Of a DNA stretch of 64,000 nucleotides, positions 41,346 through 52,969 are shown piece after piece. Position 1 is the stretch's first letter. Every line of letters begins with the position of its first letter. Both the position numbers and the translations under genes were made by a program. The notes under the pieces are model-generated. The model searched no databases. It saw only the letters and a list, made by a program, of their open reading frames with translations, and was not told where the DNA came from. The stretch comes from Mayamaea pseudoterrestris. Lineage: Eukaryota. The stretch is taken from positions 434,001 through 498,000 of the forward strand of contig BROI01000006.1 in NCBI GenBank assembly GCA_027923505.1, written 5' to 3'.

Positions 41346-43898
41346 TTATTCGTCGAGCAAACCATCAAAGTAAGATTTAATGAGCTCCCAACAATCCGGA
41401 GATGCCATCGCTTTGACCAGTCGAGCGGCAGCTCGCTGTTCCTCCGCCGTGTAATAATCTGCGTAATGCTTTCCAGCTACGAACTCGATCGGGTCTCGCA
41501 CGGGCGTCAGCTCCAAGAACTTAAAGAGGTCACTCACAACTTTATTGTAGTGCTGGCCGTACTTTTCGTAATGAAGGTAAAGAACCGGCAGCTCCATCTG
41601 CGAAGTCATTTCCAATGCTAAATTATGCCATTGGACATACCGGAACCATTCAGCGTGGCAGGGTACGTCTTTCCATAAGCTCTTAATTTTTGGACGTATC
41701 AAATCTGTTGCTCCTTCCTCCTCGGCATACTTTTCGTCGATGTATTTACACCAAGCCAGCAAGCCTTCGCGGCCCTCCGTATAAGACTTGAGGTCGTCTG
41801 TTGGCGCTCCAATTTCTTGCATTCTTTTTAGCGACAAATGAAGACGAGCAACAATGTTATCAAAGGGATCGCGGATCAAGTGCACCGCCTTTGCGGGGAC
41901 AGCGGCACTATACATCTGATCCACTTCTTTGCCATTGACCTTGGCATGTACCGTACGACATCCTTCCTGAAACTCATTCACCGAGCCAATAACGTAAGTT
42001 TCAGGTGAGCAGTCCGCGCAGTATGCGGTACAATGCGTCTTGGTCAGAACTAGTCCAGGCACCTTCATGTTTAGATTATGAAGGTACGGCCCCTTTGTAA
42101 ACTCAGATCGAACTGGAACAAGCTTCTCCCAGTCGCTTGCATAATTTGAAGCTGTTGAATAGTTACTTAGTCGTTCTGTGTTAGTAATGGTATAAGAAGT
42201 GCCCTGCGAAGTGATGCGATTAAGAGGTGAGTCTTATTTCAGTCGTTCTCCTGATATCGGTGCAAGCCGCTAGTAAAGCCAACAGCATGACGGATGGACC
42301 AATACAGCCATTAAACTTACACTATTTGGGAACGAAAGCAACCATGCAACCTCAGAGCCTTCGTTGCTGCTCTTATCCACTGTCGCAGCGCCTCCATCTA
42401 CATTTTCCACGACGGAATCGTCGTCGTTGTCGCCATTGACAGTCGTCGAGACCTGATCGTCGTCAGCAGGCTTGAGATCAAACTCGGATTCCACTGCTGT
42501 GTCGTCATCTCCCTCTGATATTCCGTGAAAGTAATGCTCCAACAACTCCCAAACACGTGGTGATGCAAATTGTTTGGTAAAGTCAGCTGCCATTTGTGCA
42601 TGTTCCGGCTTGAAAAAGCTGCGATACGTCTTGCCGACGTAAAACTCAATGGGAGAATGAACAGCCTCCAGCTCCAAAAATTCCAGAACTTGCTCAACCG
42701 TATCGTCATATGCCAATGTATAATTCTCGTAAAATAGGTGGTAAACAGGTAGTTCCAACTGATCTCTCACTTCAGTTGCCAGGTTGTGCCACTGTACGTA
42801 GCGGTCTGTGAGTAAATGAATCGGTGGGTGAGTGTGAGCTTGCCGTAACAATGGTTTGGAATTCGAACATTACGTCACTTACACCACTCAGCATGGCAAG
42901 GCAGATCAGAAAATGCTTCCAAAATAGCATGATTAATGGTTGTCGACGAAGCCTCTGCATCAGCATATTTGGTATCCAAGTAGTCACACCATTCGTAGAA
43001 TCCGTCCATTGAATTATCGAATTCCTTGAGAGGAGCATCGTTCCCATGTCCTTGTCGGTCGGCTGACAGTTTGACCGCCAAATGCATCCGACCAACCATG
43101 TTGTCAAAGGGATCGCGAATCAAATGAATGGCCCGCTTTGGAATTGCGTTGGAATAGGTGGACGTTCGAACAGCGTATTCCCCAGACGACGAGTCCACCG
43201 AAGCACTAGTCGCAGTTAAGCAGTCATGTTCAAAGTCAGTGACTTGATCATATACATATGTTTGTGGAGCACAGTCCATGCAGTAGCCGCCGCAATGCGT
43301 CTTGGTCAGTATGTATTTCTCTGGAAGTTTCAACTGCGTGGCATGCACAAACGGACCATTCGTCCAATCTTGATGCACCGGCACGGAAGGAACAATGTCG
43401 CGCGCGTAGTTGGTTGCTGTCGTGACCCCAGTCATGTGTTCCGTGTTGGTGATTGTGTAGGAGGTGCCCTGTGTCGATGAGGAATTGTAAGAAATGCATG
43501 AATGAGCAGTTGAATGGCGGCATTAGGAATGAATGACTGTGATCACAACAACTCCATTGCCGATAAAAGCACGTGCGTTTCGCCGCATAACGACGTACCG
43601 ATCCTCCAAAGCTCATCATCCAGGCAACCTGCGGATGTACGCCATCATCATTTTTTGGAACGCTGTGCGTCTCACTATCAGCCGCATTCGACGCCATCAC
43701 AGACTTCTCATTCTCAGGCAATCGCTTTCGAAAGTGAACCATGCCCATGGTCAGTGCCATGACAAGAATCATGGCCCATAGAAGGGCGGAAATCATGGAT
43801 CGTTTTCGGCCGAGCGATCGTCGCTGCTGTTGAAGGGGTCGTCCGGAAGCATCGGTCGGAACGTTTTCATAGTCGACGTGATCTTGGAATGACGACAT
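41346..43898 (-). CDS. Type II membrane protein with two tandem sulfotransferase-like domains; 4 exons
   Basis: Exons 43898-43599, 43468-42883, 42805-42321, 42203-41346. Each domain has a PAPS-loop-like WxxSFxxSGTSYT, LTKTHC, HLIRDPFDN, PCHAEW.RYVQWHNLA and YExY. Confidence 0.82.
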
Positions 43899-44548
43899 GA
43901 TGGAACTGATGGTTAACTATCAATCTATGTGAGCAAAAAGCAATGCCTTCCGTACTGCAGAAACTGAATCTACTTCCGAAGCGCAACTATCGTTACCAGA
44001 AGAAAAATGAGCTGTAGCTGTAGCGCTGTAGCAGTGGCTCGAAGGTTTTTAAGTTGAAGCAGCAATGCGCTCGCAGCAATACCCTTGTCGGATGTTTAAT
44101 AAACCTCGCTTGTCCTGGTCAAAAGAGTTCTAGACTTCGATGACAATGGAGAAAGTAGGAGAAGGCACCAAAAGAGCCGCTTTATGGTCGAGCGTCGACA
44201 GCTTTGGCACAGCGCACGTCCCTCCGCGCGGTTTACAAGAATCCGTGCGTGACGAAAAAATGAGCTGGCTGGCGCGTTCGTAATCACGCTTGAAACCGGA
44301 GCGACGCTCAGGACGACAGGCCCAATGATCGAATTTCGAACAACTCTTCGCGTCATAAATCCATGACTTGCTATTGCCCTTTCGGAACGCCCAGAAGGGT
44401 AGTGCCAATCAATGACCCAAAGAATGACCTACTCACATTCTTTGGCGACGCGCTCACTTTTTAATCCCCTCGACGTTGCTTTTGCGCTACTCTCGCTAAT
44501 CGAGTTTCACAAAAAAGACAAGCACGTTCCCTTCTTACAAGATCAAGT

Positions 44549-44995
44549 ATGGCAGCCGCAGCAGCAGTCGATTATGGATATGAAGACGTTGACATGGGTT
44601 ACGAAGCCATGGACATGGGGTACGAGGCGGTGGACATGGGGTACGGCGATCAAGGCACCACTTGCGGAAACAACGCTAGAAATGATACTACGGACTATGG
44701 TTACGGAACGACGGACGACGCAGGAACTGACTACGGCTACGGCGACGACAACGGCAAGGCCGCCACTGATTGCAGGAGCAATCCAGCCAACGCATACGGC
44801 TACAGCACTGCCGGTTCCGAAGATCGCAAGCCACCCACGCGCAAGATTTCGCGACGCAACTCGACTGTCATTCGCAAGGATGACGATAATCCCTTGGCGA
44901 TTGCCGAGTTTCTCATGGGACCTCCGCCGCCAGGAACGACCGACATGGCGCAAGGCAATGCTCTGAACAACAAGAACTTCAAGTGCTGGACCTAG
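44549..44995 (+). CDS. Small acidic D(Y/M)GY-repeat protein
   Basis: 148-aa ATG-started ORF with about seven D(Y/M)GY / YGY units followed by RKISRRNS. Confidence 0.65.
   Translation: MAAAAAVDYGYEDVDMGYEAMDMGYEAVDMGYGDQGTTCGNNARNDTTDYGYGTTDDAGTDYGYGDDNGKAATDCRSNPANAYGYSTAGSEDRKPPTRKISRRNSTVIRKDDDNPLAIAEFLMGPPPPGTTDMAQGNALNNKNFKCWT
44591..44653 (+). repeat. Three 21-bp coding tandem repeats (DMGYxxx)
   Basis: gacatgggttacgaagccatg / gacatggggtacgaggcggtg / gacatggggtacggcgatcaa. Confidence 0.85.
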
Positions 44996-45431
44996 GAGTA
45001 AGGATTATATCTCCATGATCTGGCCAGCAAAGCTACAGCTCCTATTCTCGAGATGGCAATACTACTAAGCTAACTTTAGCAAAGAAAGTTAATTTGTGAT
45101 GAATGTAGTACATATGCAAGTTTGCATTGTCTGTGAATATGACGTCATGCATGATCGCAAAGCTTGCTAAACTTGTCATGCTGTCATCATCCTATCATAG
45201 CGTTTTGTTGGCTCCGTTAAAGCAAAATTAGATGCATGCACCTACTCACGGTAGTTGATGTTGTGCAACTTAAACCGTGCGACAATAATGCTCGTAACTC
45301 GAGTAACGATGAGACGCCTTTCATTACCGATATGACTTTTGTCGAAGACGCTCGTCGCTTTGACACTGCTTGATCGTCGACTTATATACAACAACATTCA
45401 TACTCCTAGACACTTTTGTAAAACCATTCAA

Positions 45432-45980
45432 ATGAGAAAAGGTCATTTAAAGGCGCTGCTGAGCTTGAGTATCTTCGTGGCTGGGTCAACAGCGTTTGTG
45501 ACGAAAAGGGTCGTGATGCCGTCGAGGAACAACAACTTTTTGCATCATTCAAGGCAGCGATCAACGTTCCAATTCAAGTCCGCATCAATCATCGACGTCG
45601 ACTCTCTTCTACCCATGGATGTCGTGGTGTTTCGCTGCATCGATAATGGCAATATCGATACTACGGCAAAGCACTTGGGCGCCTTGCAAGAGAATGGCCG
45701 CGTCGCACTCCTTTCGCTGTGGACCAACGAGCCAGCCTTTGCAAGCTCCCTCGAATTCGTGGTTGATGAAATGGATATGGAAGGTTATACTTTCGACCAA
45801 GTGCAGATTGAATCAGTGATTCCGCAAAACTCCTTGTCGTATGGGAGCCGCCAAGTGGGAGGAGGCAAAGGACCTGGCAATCCGCATGGGGAAGAATCTG
45901 AACTACTATACTATATTGAGGAAAAAGAGTTGAACGATATTGCTCTATCCGTCAGACCCCATCTTGAAATTCTCTGGTAG
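45432..45980 (+). CDS. Putative plastid-targeted hypothetical protein
   Basis: Signal peptide ending STA-F. Conserved-looking SYGSRQVGGGKGPGNPHGEESE and C-terminal VRPHLEILW. Confidence 0.75.
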   Translation: MRKGHLKALLSLSIFVAGSTAFVTKRVVMPSRNNNFLHHSRQRSTFQFKSASIIDVDSLLPMDVVVFRCIDNGNIDTTAKHLGALQENGRVALLSLWTNEPAFASSLEFVVDEMDMEGYTFDQVQIESVIPQNSLSYGSRQVGGGKGPGNPHGEESELLYYIEEKELNDIALSVRPHLEILW

Positions 45981-46712
45981 TAGTACGGAGGGACGAAGTG
46001 ACGAGCATCAAAACATGTGCATGCGCACATGGCATGCATTGTTGCCTGCTGGATCACTCTGACGAGCTACCTGTTGATCAGTTCTGCACCAAGCTTGATT
46101 CACGGTCAATAACGACTGCGCTTGATGAGCTTTTACATGTTGTGGAGAAGCAAGTGCAGCCAAGGCTCGTGGCCGGCTCAATGGTATCAAGTCTATGCAA
46201 CGACACGATGCTGGCAAGTTATGAGTTACTCACTCCTCAATATCTTGTCAATTAGATAATTTTTGTTTTGTATAGCCATGAGTTGGAAGGAAGTACGTAT
46301 ACTGGGGTTTCGTCGGCAAGCGACGCGAGATAAATGAGGTCGCATCATCACTCAATCTTGTCGTATCACGACTCACTTCCACAACGTCACTCGAAAAGTC
46401 AGTCTCGATACGACACGACAAATTGGTGGCCGCCATGACGAAGGAAGCGTCAGTTCCGGACACGACACACGACCCTCGTCAGAGTCAGAGAGCCAATCGT
46501 CGCAAAAGATTCATTAGTTATTCATCATCATCAATCAACTTGCAGCATCATCTGACAGCAGCGCTTGTGGAGACAAAAGAGGAGAAACGTTCACATTGGA
46601 AATAATTGGCAGATTGGTTTGAGAGGTGCAGCGGGCGTGACAAGACGAGGCCCCAAACGAGACAGAATTCAAATTCAGCGCGACTACACGAATCAAGCAA
46701 TACATTCACATC

Positions 46713-47933
46713 ATGATGCGGCTCCGTTTCGCAGTCTATCACGTCTTTGTTGCAACGTCAGGAATACTCTTTCTTCACAGAGCTTGTCCAGCCGACGCCT
46801 TCGTCTCGAACCTTTCCACGAGCGTCCATCAGCAGCGCGCACTGTTCGTTCCAACCCATCAGGAAGCCATTGACTCGGTGACATGGGCCAAGTATTACAG
46901 TGCCGGCGAGTACAATAGTCATCATCACAAGGACAAGAGAATAATAATTCGCAACTACCATCAGCAGCATCAGCAGCAACCTGTACAGCATTATCATCCG
47001 AAAACAACACTACTGAACCGATTACCGACTGCCTTTTCACGACGGTTCTTTTTCGTCAAGGCAGAATCATCATTCACCAAGACGAATGCCGCCGCTGCGT
47101 CTGCGTTGGTCGCGTCTACTACTACAGTTGCTGCTCCCGTGATTCCACCTCCAACGTGGGGACTACTCTTGGCAGCCTGTCTCTTTGTCAATGTGGTGCG
47201 CTGGCCGAGCGCCATTTCCTTGCTGCAGCAAGCATTGGCATGGTACATTGTTCAGCTGGAGGCCAGTCCGTTACTGACCAAGAGCTTGACATCGGGAATC
47301 ATTGGACTCGCAGGAGACTGCTTGGCGCAAAGCATTGATCGTTTCGTCAAGCGAAGAAAAGCCAAGGCGAATAACAGTGGTACTGCAGCTTCTGCTGATT
47401 TAAAGTACGACCAACGGAGAGGACTTTCCGTCTTGCTGGAAGGACTCTTGATTAGCGGACCAACCATGCATGTGGGATACGACTTGTTTGAACGAATCCT
47501 TCCCACGTCGAGTGCGTCGGGGCACAGCTCGGTGGCTGCCATGCTACATGTATTGGCCGATTCCATTCTACTGGATTCCTTTTTCATTGGAACAGCCTTT
47601 GTCATTACCGGCCTCATTGAAGGATACAGAATCAAGCAGATTCGACAGCAGCTAAAGACAGACTATGCACCCACATTGATTGCGAGTTGGATCACATCAA
47701 CTTCGTTAATGCCGATTGAGTTTCTGGCCTTTCGCTTTCTTCCAGTGTCGCTCCGAGTATTGGCAGTCAAGTTTATTGACGTGATCTGGGATACCGTCAT
47801 TAGTTTCATGACGCATCGCGGCCGATCACATGGCGATGGAGTGAATGGAGAAGCAGTGACAGTTTCCACCTTTCCCGCACTGCCCCTTGTGGAGGAGCAG
47901 CAGCAAGCACCAGAACTAGTGCTTGCCATGTAG
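46713..47933 (+). CDS. Mpv17/PMP22 family membrane protein with bipartite presequence
   Basis: WYIVQLEASPLLTKSLTSGIIGLAGDCLAQ, YDQRRG, FRFLPVSLRVL..DVIWDTVISF. N-terminal signal ends ADA-F. Confidence 0.85.
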   Translation: MMRLRFAVYHVFVATSGILFLHRACPADAFVSNLSTSVHQQRALFVPTHQEAIDSVTWAKYYSAGEYNSHHHKDKRIIIRNYHQQHQQQPVQHYHPKTTLLNRLPTAFSRRFFFVKAESSFTKTNAAAASALVASTTTVAAPVIPPPTWGLLLAACLFVNVVRWPSAISLLQQALAWYIVQLEASPLLTKSLTSGIIGLAGDCLAQSIDRFVKRRKAKANNSGTAASADLKYDQRRGLSVLLEGLLISGPTMHVGYDLFERILPTSSASGHSSVAAMLHVLADSILLDSFFIGTAFVITGLIEGYRIKQIRQQLKTDYAPTLIASWITSTSLMPIEFLAFRFLPVSLRVLAVKFIDVIWDTVISFMTHRGRSHGDGVNGEAVTVSTFPALPLVEEQQQAPELVLAM

Positions 47934-48141
47934 ATATTAGACCCTCGCGCCAAATGTGTATCATAGTTAATACTTGTTGTATATTTTTGACTGCCAACAT
48001 GCCAGTCAATGACTTTATGGAATAGATACACGCGCGAGCTACAATCTCTCTCAAACAAAAATGTGTAATGCAACTAATTTACTATGTAATGAATGCACTT
48101 GCTCCCCTCCTAACCAACCAACCTACTAGCCTAGCTGGCCT

Positions 48142-49471
48142 TTATACCTCCTCGAGATAGGTGATTGCCACAGCCGTATCATTCTTCATAAAACTCTCCT
48201 CTTCATCGTCCGAAAGCTCCAAGTAGCGAAACTGCTGGCCTTCAAAGAACGCCAAATCACCATTATGAAGCAAACTGTTGGCCGTCGTCGTAAAGGACGG
48301 CACCGCCACGTCCAGGCAATGGCGAATCGATGAGGTAAAGTCTACTTGGCCGTCAATGACCAACTTGTGATTAGAACTCACGGGAGACGGCGGATCAAGC
48401 GACGATGTCGACGCAGAAACAATCGACGCTCGAGGCTGATAGCGAAAGAGTGACGCCAGGCTCGTCCCAGTCGTGGTCGACGACTTTAAATTGAGTGACT
48501 TGATCGCATCGTCCGCATGCGACGTCGAAAACAGTGGCGGGCAATACGGCATCTTGTAGAAATCTGGCTCAGTGCTTGGACTGGGAACCGCCTTCATGCC
48601 GTTGCCCTTGATGCGAGTACGAGTCATGCGCTCGCAAAGGAATTCGCGCTGACGAAGGAACAAGGGATGGTAGTACGAACCGCGATCTCGTCCCTGTGAA
48701 AAAACAACAACAAAATGTCAGAGCTGTAGCACGCAATGCGCAGGTCTTCATCTCTACAAAATAACTTACCGCCGTTATGCGGGCAAAGCCATAAAGATTC
48801 AGTTGGCGCTACACAAACATAGAGAATGACAAGATGAGCTGACGGAAGATCGAAGAAAATTGATGTCTCAATTCATTGCTTGCTTACTTGGAAGCTCGTG
48901 AGCTTATTTTGATTAAAGTGGGCCACCATGATTTCCTCCACAAAGCGCTTCTTGTTATGAACGAGAAAGCATCGCCCATGGGGCTGCCAAGAGACAATAT
49001 GGTCGAGTCCCTCCTCCGCTACCGTTGTGAGCATTTGATGAAGCTTCAAGGGAAAGGCGACGCTGACTCCTCCACGCGGTCCTTTGGCCATGTTCTTGGC
49101 GGCAATGTCAGTCAAACTAATCGTCGAGGGAATGTCAGGGGCATCATGGAGATGATCAATATAGGTATGATCAACATATGTACGACCCTGCACATTTTCC
49201 TTGTAGCGAGGAAACGCTCCTCTCTTTTGCCTCGTCTTGCGGTCAGCTGACACGAGACGAACGACTTGCGACGGCTGGAACAGGCGAAGAGATTGGACTT
49301 GTAAGGCCTGATCGCAATTTTGACTCAAACGTTGCAAATGTATGAATTATTCACGCAGTTGTTTCCATTGATACCACTTACTTTTGGAGAGCAAATCTTT
49401 GCCGACTCGTTCATGTCTTGTTCGTCGTCGCTGCTCATCATGGCATAGCGGTCGTCAAGGTGATGGTCCAT
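48142..49471 (-). CDS. Heat-shock transcription factor (HSF DNA-binding domain); 4 exons
   Basis: Exon 1 49471-49382; exon 2 from about 49275 or 49307 (acceptor ambiguous) to 48888; exon 3 48808-48770; exon 4 48693-48142. Spliced product FPLKLHQML..IVSWQPHGRCFLVH..TSFQ|RQLNLYGFARITA|GRDRGSYYHPLFLR. Confidence 0.92.
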
Positions 49472-50076
49472 GGTGTTGTTTGCTAAAAATTTGCGGCTCA
49501 CTCGTTTGAAATTTGTTGCAACGTTGTGTGTTGACTGCGAGTCTGAATCGAAAATGGATCTGAAAGCATGCGAAACTCAGGTTTTGGGGAAGGGTCGTCG
49601 ACACCTTCGGCGTTCGTGATCGACACAAAAGTTTTCCACTCCAAATGTTGCGGGATTGAAGTGGACCTGCAATTCGTCAAGAATCTGTCAAAACGGGAAA
49701 AATGAGAAGGCAAATTACTCAATGAGAATGCTCTTCGGAACACTTGTGGTCACGATTTTGACTCCAGTATTCACCCTTATTCAACTTTTTCAATGACGCG
49801 GTCGACTAGCGCTCCTTTCCGAACCATAGTTGTGCATTTATATCGTCATTCGCGACAGTATTTCGTAAATATACTGACGTTACTCGCGGCGTCACGCCAC
49901 AAACAAGAAACGCGTCTCTCCGTCGAAACAATGCAGTGTCGCTATCCACGACTCGCTTTTTCATTGAACACAGGTTCCGCTCCGGCTTCAAAGCTACTTC
50001 TACAGGTTGTTGTAGAAGAAGTCCTTTTGTTGTTAAAGTCTGGTTTAAATATTGCTCACAGATACGTCGGTACGAC

Positions 50077-52543
50077 CTACAGCGAGTTTCGTTTGCTCTT
50101 TCGCTTCGTAAGCGAACCGGACTGTTGCGGCAAAAGCAATTCGTTGGTAGTTTGCGAAGCCTTGTGTTTACCAAGTGATAGTATATGGAACATTCTCGGC
50201 ATCGAGAATCTTCTTCTTCTTCTCGTTGATGGACTTGCAGAGTTTGGAGTATCTGCAAATGAAGGAGACAGATTCGTTCCGTCGGCGGGTGATAATGGAG
50301 ACATCGCTGATTGTAGTCGTCGGGACGCATTGACTGGAGTGACGGAAGCGCTGCTGTAGGCCCGGGACGTATCGGCTTCAGATGTAACAGTTTCGGACAT
50401 GTCGATACTTAGAGGAGTGGCGATGTTTTGATATTGATAGAGGCGGTCTGCGTCATCTTGCAAAACTTCCTCATTATCTGTCTGCGTAGTCGTCTCTTCC
50501 GTCCAGCCGTCTTCGATACAAAGTCCATGCACTTTTGAGAGTAAACTATTTTGAACCCGATTCTGCTTTCGCAATTTTTGGCGCTCCTGGACTTCGTAAG
50601 AAGTCTGGCCAACAACCATGTCATCCTGTTCCGGCGTCCGTTCACTTCCCCAAACCCACATGTGATTTGGCCCGCCAATCATGTCGTTGACAAACATGTC
50701 TCGTGCTGCGTCAACTCGAGTCGGTAGGAGGATATTGTGGTCAGAGTCGAAGGTACAGCAGTGAACTTCTCGCAACGTTGAAGTGGTGGTTGGCGCGCAA
50801 GGATTATTTAAATTATCCTTCATCGGCAAGTTCATTGGCCTCGGAATGCCAGCTTGAAAAGCATCGTTCGATCCCCAATTGTACAAATGGCCGCTTGAGC
50901 TTAGAGCTGCTGAATAGAACGGACCAGCGAAAATTTTGGTAATCGTCGGCAATTGGGATAGTAAATGTTGTGGTGAAGAAGAACCTTTGGTGTTGTTGTC
51001 GTCAATTTCGTCATTATCAAGTTTAGTTGATCCTGATCGTTGCTGTTGCTTCCACTCTCGACCAGCTGCAATGGCAACAAAATCTAGTTCCTCCACCTGC
51101 CGCGGCTTGACCTGTGCATGCACCATCTGCCCTAGTCCAAGTTGCCCTTCAGTGCCGCCTCCCCAACAAAAGACGCGGCCCCCAGTGCTGAGTGCCATTG
51201 TATGATCGGCGCCACAGGAAACTTGCGCAATCTTCAAGTCCGAAATGCCTTGGACCCGTCTCGCAGGAACAATGCCACTCCGTCGCACTACATTACCACA
51301 TTGTCCATGTTGTGAGGATCCCCAGCAATAGACACTGCCGCTGCACGATAAATATGTTTATCAAGTTGTTAGTCAAACAGCTCCAGCGCTCACATCGCAT
51401 CACGCAGATTCCCTCAATTATGACTCACCCATCAACAATCGCCGCTGAATGCGCTCGGCCAGCGCTAATTTGCAACACCTTCAACTCTCGTCCTCCGCCT
51501 CCACGAGCTTCTGCGTCACCATCATCACATTCAATATTGACTGGCAGTGGCGCCACAATGGTGGGCGCTCCACTCGAAGCACCTTGATTGACCTGCGACC
51601 GCCTTCCGCACTGATTCATGCGATTGGCGCCCCACGCCCACACCCGACCCGATTCCGTCAAGGCCAGTGCGTGCCAGTCACCAGCAGCGACACTGGCGCA
51701 AGGTGATCCAGTAACCTGCGGTAAAAGTCTCTCAATGACAACAGGTGTATGTGTAAACGTAATTGGCGTTGCCGCTGCACTTGAAGCAATGTCATCATCA
51801 TCGTCGTCATCGTCATCCAACTCCTCCGTCTCCGATTTCGATTTGCGATTGCCGCGCCGACTGGAAGCAACGACGACACCAAGCTGTCCGAAATGTCCCG
51901 CCCCAAAGGAAACCACGGCGCGGCCACCCTCCAATCGCCCCAGCACAAAGTGCCGGCCCGCCGCCACTTGGACGCACTTGAGTGGAACGTGCAGACTCAC
52001 CAGTTGCGGTGTCGCATGCAAACGACCATGCAGCATGCCAGTTTGATACAAGTGACCGGCTTTTGTCAGGAATATGGTGGATTGGGCCGTGCAGGCAATG
52101 CTTGCCAGCGAATCGTCCGTATCCTGCTTGGACCAGCATGCAGCTAGTGTATTGCTGCTGCCAGATTCCCAGGAGGTGTAACACGCAAGTCTTGCAGTAG
52201 AAGTGGATCTACTACCATTTTGCTGCTTCTCTTTGGAAACATTGTCTTCAGATGCTGCGTAACACTCATCATCATGCTGCTCGTCGTCTCTCTCAGCCTG
52301 CAGCAACGCCGGCGCACCATCATCATTGTCGCTAACATGATAGTAAGTTTTGCGCATGCCGCTGCCAATGCAATGATAGTAGTCGCGTCCAAAGGCCATG
52401 GCTCGAAAGGACTGTAGCTGCACTTGATCAGGCGTTACAGGAGCAGTCGGCGTCCGCTTTGCAGCGTCGGCAGATTCACTAGCCAAAGCATGAGCATTTG
52501 CTAGCAAATTCTTCTTCTGCTTCTGCCTTGCATTGAAAGACAT
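50077..52543 (-). CDS. RCC1-repeat protein; 2 exons
   Basis: Exons 52543-51429 and 51340-50077 (intron GTGAGT..CAG) join HSAAIVDG|GSVYCWGSSQHGQCG. Repeats VAAGRHF, VAAGDWHALAL..WAWGANRMNQCG, VSCGADHTMAL..CWGGGTEGQLG. Confidence 0.88.
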
Positions 52544-52969
52544 GTTCTGCAGACTATGTAGACAAGATGAACAGCAAGATTCCGTCGCAATCACTCCGCA
52601 AGAGTCGGGCGTACTCGATGCGAAATTGAGAAGGGACCCAGCAAGACTATCTTCTCAAAAGCTTGTTGCTGCAAGTTATGCTTCTATTGATTTATATCAG
52701 CTTCGACAGTAGGATGATGCCAAGTAGAATGTGTGTATATATATCGAAGAGTTGCAAGCAGCATCAGCAGCCTTTCCAACGACTGGCGCAAGGGCGCGAG
52801 CTTCCTTTCGCAATCGTGAAAAGCTGTCACACTTTGTCGCACAGGTTTTGAGTCGCGGATTTCTTTTTCGCATGATCACATTCGCAGCTTGCTTCTACTT
52901 GTTACAGTAAGCGGCTGGCATATATCTCTCTTTTTCTGAGACCCATCTGTTACTGATACAAGAGAAAGT

